This document shows positions 59,713 through 64,000 of a stretch of DNA of 64,000 nucleotides, piece after piece. The stretch lies in the NCBI RefSeq assembly GCF_009914755.1, contig NC_060932.1; one strand, given 5' to 3'. Both the position numbers and the translations under genes were made by a program. Position 1 is the first letter of the stretch. Each line of letters begins with the position of its first letter. Under the pieces are notes generated by a model. The model was given only the letters and a program-made list of their open reading frames with translations, ran no database searches and was not told the DNA's origin. The stretch comes from the human T2T-CHM13v2.0 reference genome, Homo sapiens.

Positions 59713-62135
59713 GGCCCCATAGGCCTAACGCTCCGTTTGGTCCTGTGTGTCTCTACTTCAAGCAGGATTTATCCCATTAGCCTAGAAGAGAAGCTGGCTG
59801 CATTGCTAGTTCATCTGCCTCAAGAAAATGTCATGCAAAATATTGCGGGCAATCTAGGACTTCACCAAACTTACAAGAAAAGACTGGATGAATGTCTTTT
59901 GTTGCTAATAAATATGTGTGGCATAATTCCTCTGAGGCTTGCTTTTTCTATTGTAACATACCTCCCAATGGACATAGTTTGTGGGAGGGATCATATGCTT
60001 CTCATTCATTTCTAATCCTCAGACTTTTACTCAAACCATTCTGGCAATTATGATGGGCCGACAGGGTCCCTGGTAGTATAGAAGACATGGGGGTTTCCTG
60101 GAGGCTGACACTAGTGAAACATAAGCAATACCCCAAATCTGTTTTGAGTACCCTTCTCTTCTCACTCAACACTCACTCTTCAGTGTATCTACTCCGAGAG
60201 CCAACGATCATTTCTCTGTGGGTTTTCCTAAATTAATGATCCAGGTCTACTTTGGAGCACCAAATTTACTTTCCTGCCTGTATGGTGGCCATTTCCACAT
60301 GGAGCCATTAATTCATTAATTCAACCATTTATCAGACATTTATTGGGTAGTAAGTACTCCAGATACAAAAATACGAGAGTCTTGGTGTCTTCATGGAGTT
60401 TATGGTTGGATGACGGATGTCATGCAGGCACTTAAAATCAATACATCCAATATAGAACCACAATTTTCTATCCCCAAACCTATTTTCTTGTTTTTCAATT
60501 AAAGACATCACCATCCCACCACCTCCTAAAATTTACAACTCCAAAGCCATACTTGTTTCCTCTCTCTCTATCATCCCCACAATTCTTTTTTACCTTTCTG
60601 CCCTTGACATGGTTCAGTTACCATTAGCTAGGGAAGAGCATAACAATATAATTGCAATAAAGTTTTGTTGGGTTGAACTGAATTTTATTACAATCCCTAA
60701 ACCTCTATCCTTACCACCCTAATATTTTATTGTTATCTTTTATAAGATCCCTTTTAACACAAAATATTGTCTACAAAGAACTGTACTTTGCACATCTCTT
60801 AATCAAGTTTCCTATTTTTTTGATAAAGTTTCTAAGACTTCAAAAAGTCTGAAAACCCCACTGTCCAGAAGACCAAAACAAACCAACTGACATGGTCTGG
60901 TTTTTAAAGGGCAGATCTGAGGTATGGAAAGAAACATCTTTGCTGCTGAGAAAGATGCTGATGGTGCTATTCAGAAAGGGACTCTAAGGATTCCAGTTTT
61001 AAACAAACTCTAATAACAAAACACCAGCCAAAGAGAAAGTTGATCCCCTGACGTAAATAGTGCCAGCAATACCACCTTCCTGCCTTCTGCTGACGCTCAA
61101 TGACGCATCTTCCACCCCACTTGCAGGAGAGCCAATCAGTTCCCTTTGAATGAAATCTTTATTCAAATGTTTAAACACTCCAGGGGGAAGAGAGGGAGAG
61201 GACAAGAAAAGTATTTCAGAAACAAATGGGGACCCAAACGCCAAGTTTCTAAGTTTCTGTTCTTGTTACTGCTCAGGTTTTGGCCCTGTGAAGACGTTCT
61301 CAATTCCATGTTTTTCGTTAAGCTGGTTTGTTTGGCAAAATCCAATGATAAATACAAAACTCTGAGGTCAGTCTCACCTTACACAGAAAGTTAGAGCTGG
61401 GAAGCTCAGCTTTCTGTGGTCGAGAAACTTTGGAAGCCACCAATCTGCTGTTGACAACGGGAGGCAAAGATATGGGCCAGATAATTTTTTCTTTACAAAT
61501 GTACGAATCTAGGACTTTCCCCCTTAAAAATCCAACACACAAGTAAACCTTTGTTGATGGTTCGTTCACTGCCAGTGGTTAGGTAGGCGTGGGGAAGGCA
61601 GGGTGGATGTTAGGAGAGAATGAACACATGCAGTCCATACATACCCCGAGGTCTGTTCTCTAGTTATTAATAAGCAACAAAACAGACCCTTGCCTCTTTC
61701 CCCTATTCCTCTCACTCTCAGCTACTTGTAGGTAGTCACGCTCCTGAAGGGTCAAGACTTTGAGGGGAAATGGGAAGGAGCAGGGCTTTTTCATTTGTCA
61801 GACCAGCTGGTTGGTCTAGAACAGTTGATACTGACTTCTTGGGACCCTGACCCACTTTCCTCGCGTTGCCCTCCAGGTCACATTTCCCTGCGGCGCCTCT
61901 TCTCCAAATCAGTAAAATAAGCCCCTTTTCTATTCCAGCCACTGTCAGTTCATGTAGAAATGAACAAGTCTAAATGTGAAAAGAAGCCTGTTCCAGTACT
62001 GGACATCTGAAGGTCAGGGTTTAGTTGTGTGTTACAACCTGTGAAATCATAATAAGCAACGCATATTATGATTATAAGCAAAGTAAGTGCCATGCACTGC
62101 TCTGCTCACTTACCTACCTAATCACAATAAACTTA

Positions 62136-62442
<307 letters not shown>

Positions 62443-63100
62443 CTTAGGAAATAAGTAATATTATCATAATCCCCATTTTTATAGATGAGGGGACAGAGAC
62501 ACAGAGAGGCTAAGCAACCAGTCTAAGGTCACACAGCTTATAAACAGCAGAGCTGGGATTTGAACCCAGACAGTCTGAATTCAGAGCCCCTTAACTACCC
62601 CCCAACCCCAGACCCAGTCTGTCCTCTAAGCAAAGGTGTGAGACTAATGGCTAAGTGGCCTGGGGAACATGCCCACCCCCATTCCCATGGTTGGAGAGCA
62701 GCAAGTGAAGGCTGCTTGGAAGAGCAGAGAGAACCACATAGGGAGAGAACAGCAGCTGCACTGGCTCCTTGGACTGGGTCCTGCCAAAAATACAGATCTC
62801 ACCGCGCTGACCTAGGCACAGGGTCCATAGCTGCCAGCATGCCTGCCAACCAGCCGATCAGAGAGGCCTGATACATGCCTTAACATGGCATTGGCATGGA
62901 TGGGTGCTCACCCTGATGAGAAAGAAGGAAAATGCATAGTGCCCTCAAATGTGGATGAGACTGAGGTGCAAATGCTGGACATAATATGTATATATCCAAC
63001 CAGTGACCCACCAAAGGCATGTAGCTTGAATCTAGTTTGAGGACTAGAAAATTACCAGCCTCATAATCATAACACAGCCAAAAAAAGATCTATTAGATGC

Positions 63101-63470
63101 CATATTAGTTAGGTCAGGTTGCTATAACAAAATACCACAGGCTGGGCTGCTTAAACAACAAATGTTTATTTATCATTGTTCTGGAGGCTAAGTTCCAAAT
63201 CAAGGTGCCAACAGATCTGGTGTCTAGTGAGCACGTTCTTCCTGGTTTGTAGACAGCCACCTTTTCATAATGTCACATGCCAAACAGGAGATACAGAGGA
63301 CGCAAGCTCTCTTTTGTCTCTTCTTATAAGGCACTAATTCCATCATGAGGGCACATGACCTAATTCCCTCCCAAAGACCTAAACTTCAAATACCATTATA
63401 TTGGGAATTAGGGGTTTCAACATATACATTTAGGAGTTGGTGGCAGGACAAAAACATTCAGTTCATAGCA
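63101..63470 (-). mobile_element. MaLR LTR (MLT1A/MSTD-like)
   Basis: gctataacaaaataccacaggctggg...caaggtgccaacagat...aacattcagttcatagca. Confidence 0.85.
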
Positions 63471-63517
63471 GATATCATTCTTTGAGGCTTCACCAGCACC
63501 CAAAAATTTATGCGTGT

Positions 63518-63518
<1 letters not shown>

Positions 63519-63593
<75 letters not shown>
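63519..63593 (+). repeat. Compound (CA)n(GA)n microsatellite
   Basis: Seen directly. Confidence 0.97.
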
Positions 63594-63596
<3 letters not shown>

Positions 63597-64000
63597 CACA
63601 ATCCTGGACCAAGTCCAGAGAGTGCTCATCCTCACTGCTAAGCACCTCTACTCAACCTTCACACAGACAGAATGTCTAATTAATTCTTCTCTCCCACACC
63701 TTGTTCTCAAAAGGCTAATTTATTGTCACTGTGTCACAAGGGTAGACAGTTTATCTACTTTATTCACCACTGTATCCCCAATGTTCCATTGCCTGAAATA
63801 CAGAATTACTCAGCCAGGATTGTTTAATTCAATTACTCAGACAATCCCATTTCTTCATGTATCAGGGTCTGTCTATATCTTCCTCCTGAAATGTCCAGTG
63901 TGTCCAAACTTCACAAAGTGTCTCTGGATTATGATGAGACTGAGCTACCTCTGTCAACTCACAGCAGAGATGGCTCCAATTTGTAATTACTGCTGGCATT

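Noticed and set aside
63804-63840. AATTACTCAG direct repeat, and similar short duplications at ~24705, ~33889 and ~49211
   Set aside because: Short slippage-type or chance duplications, expected in 64 kb.

Overview
Primate (almost certainly human, chr8q22.1 from recognition of the protein) genomic DNA. The only protein-coding sequence is coding exon 1 of GDF6 (BMP13) on the minus strand (ATG at 8023, splice donor after 7618; 406 nt). To its left are ~7.6 kb of GC/CpG-rich intron 1; exon 2 is outside the window. To its right are the CpG-island promoter and ~55 kb of gene-free 5' flank. The flank holds Alus, L1 fragments (one is a twin-primed, 5'-inverted L1PA), a full-length decayed HSMAR2 mariner, hAT MITEs, MaLR/ERVL LTRs, L2/MIR relics and microsatellites, interleaved with short motif-rich unique segments that may be GDF6 enhancers. 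I found no evidence of a novel multi-gene system. The best observations are mechanistic (retrotransposition footprints, microsatellites born from transposons) and regulatory (MYC-like G4, CTCF, nuclear-receptor and TCF/T-box motifs). Repeat subfamily names come from recalled consensus sequences and were not checked by a search; boundaries of old repeats are approximate.
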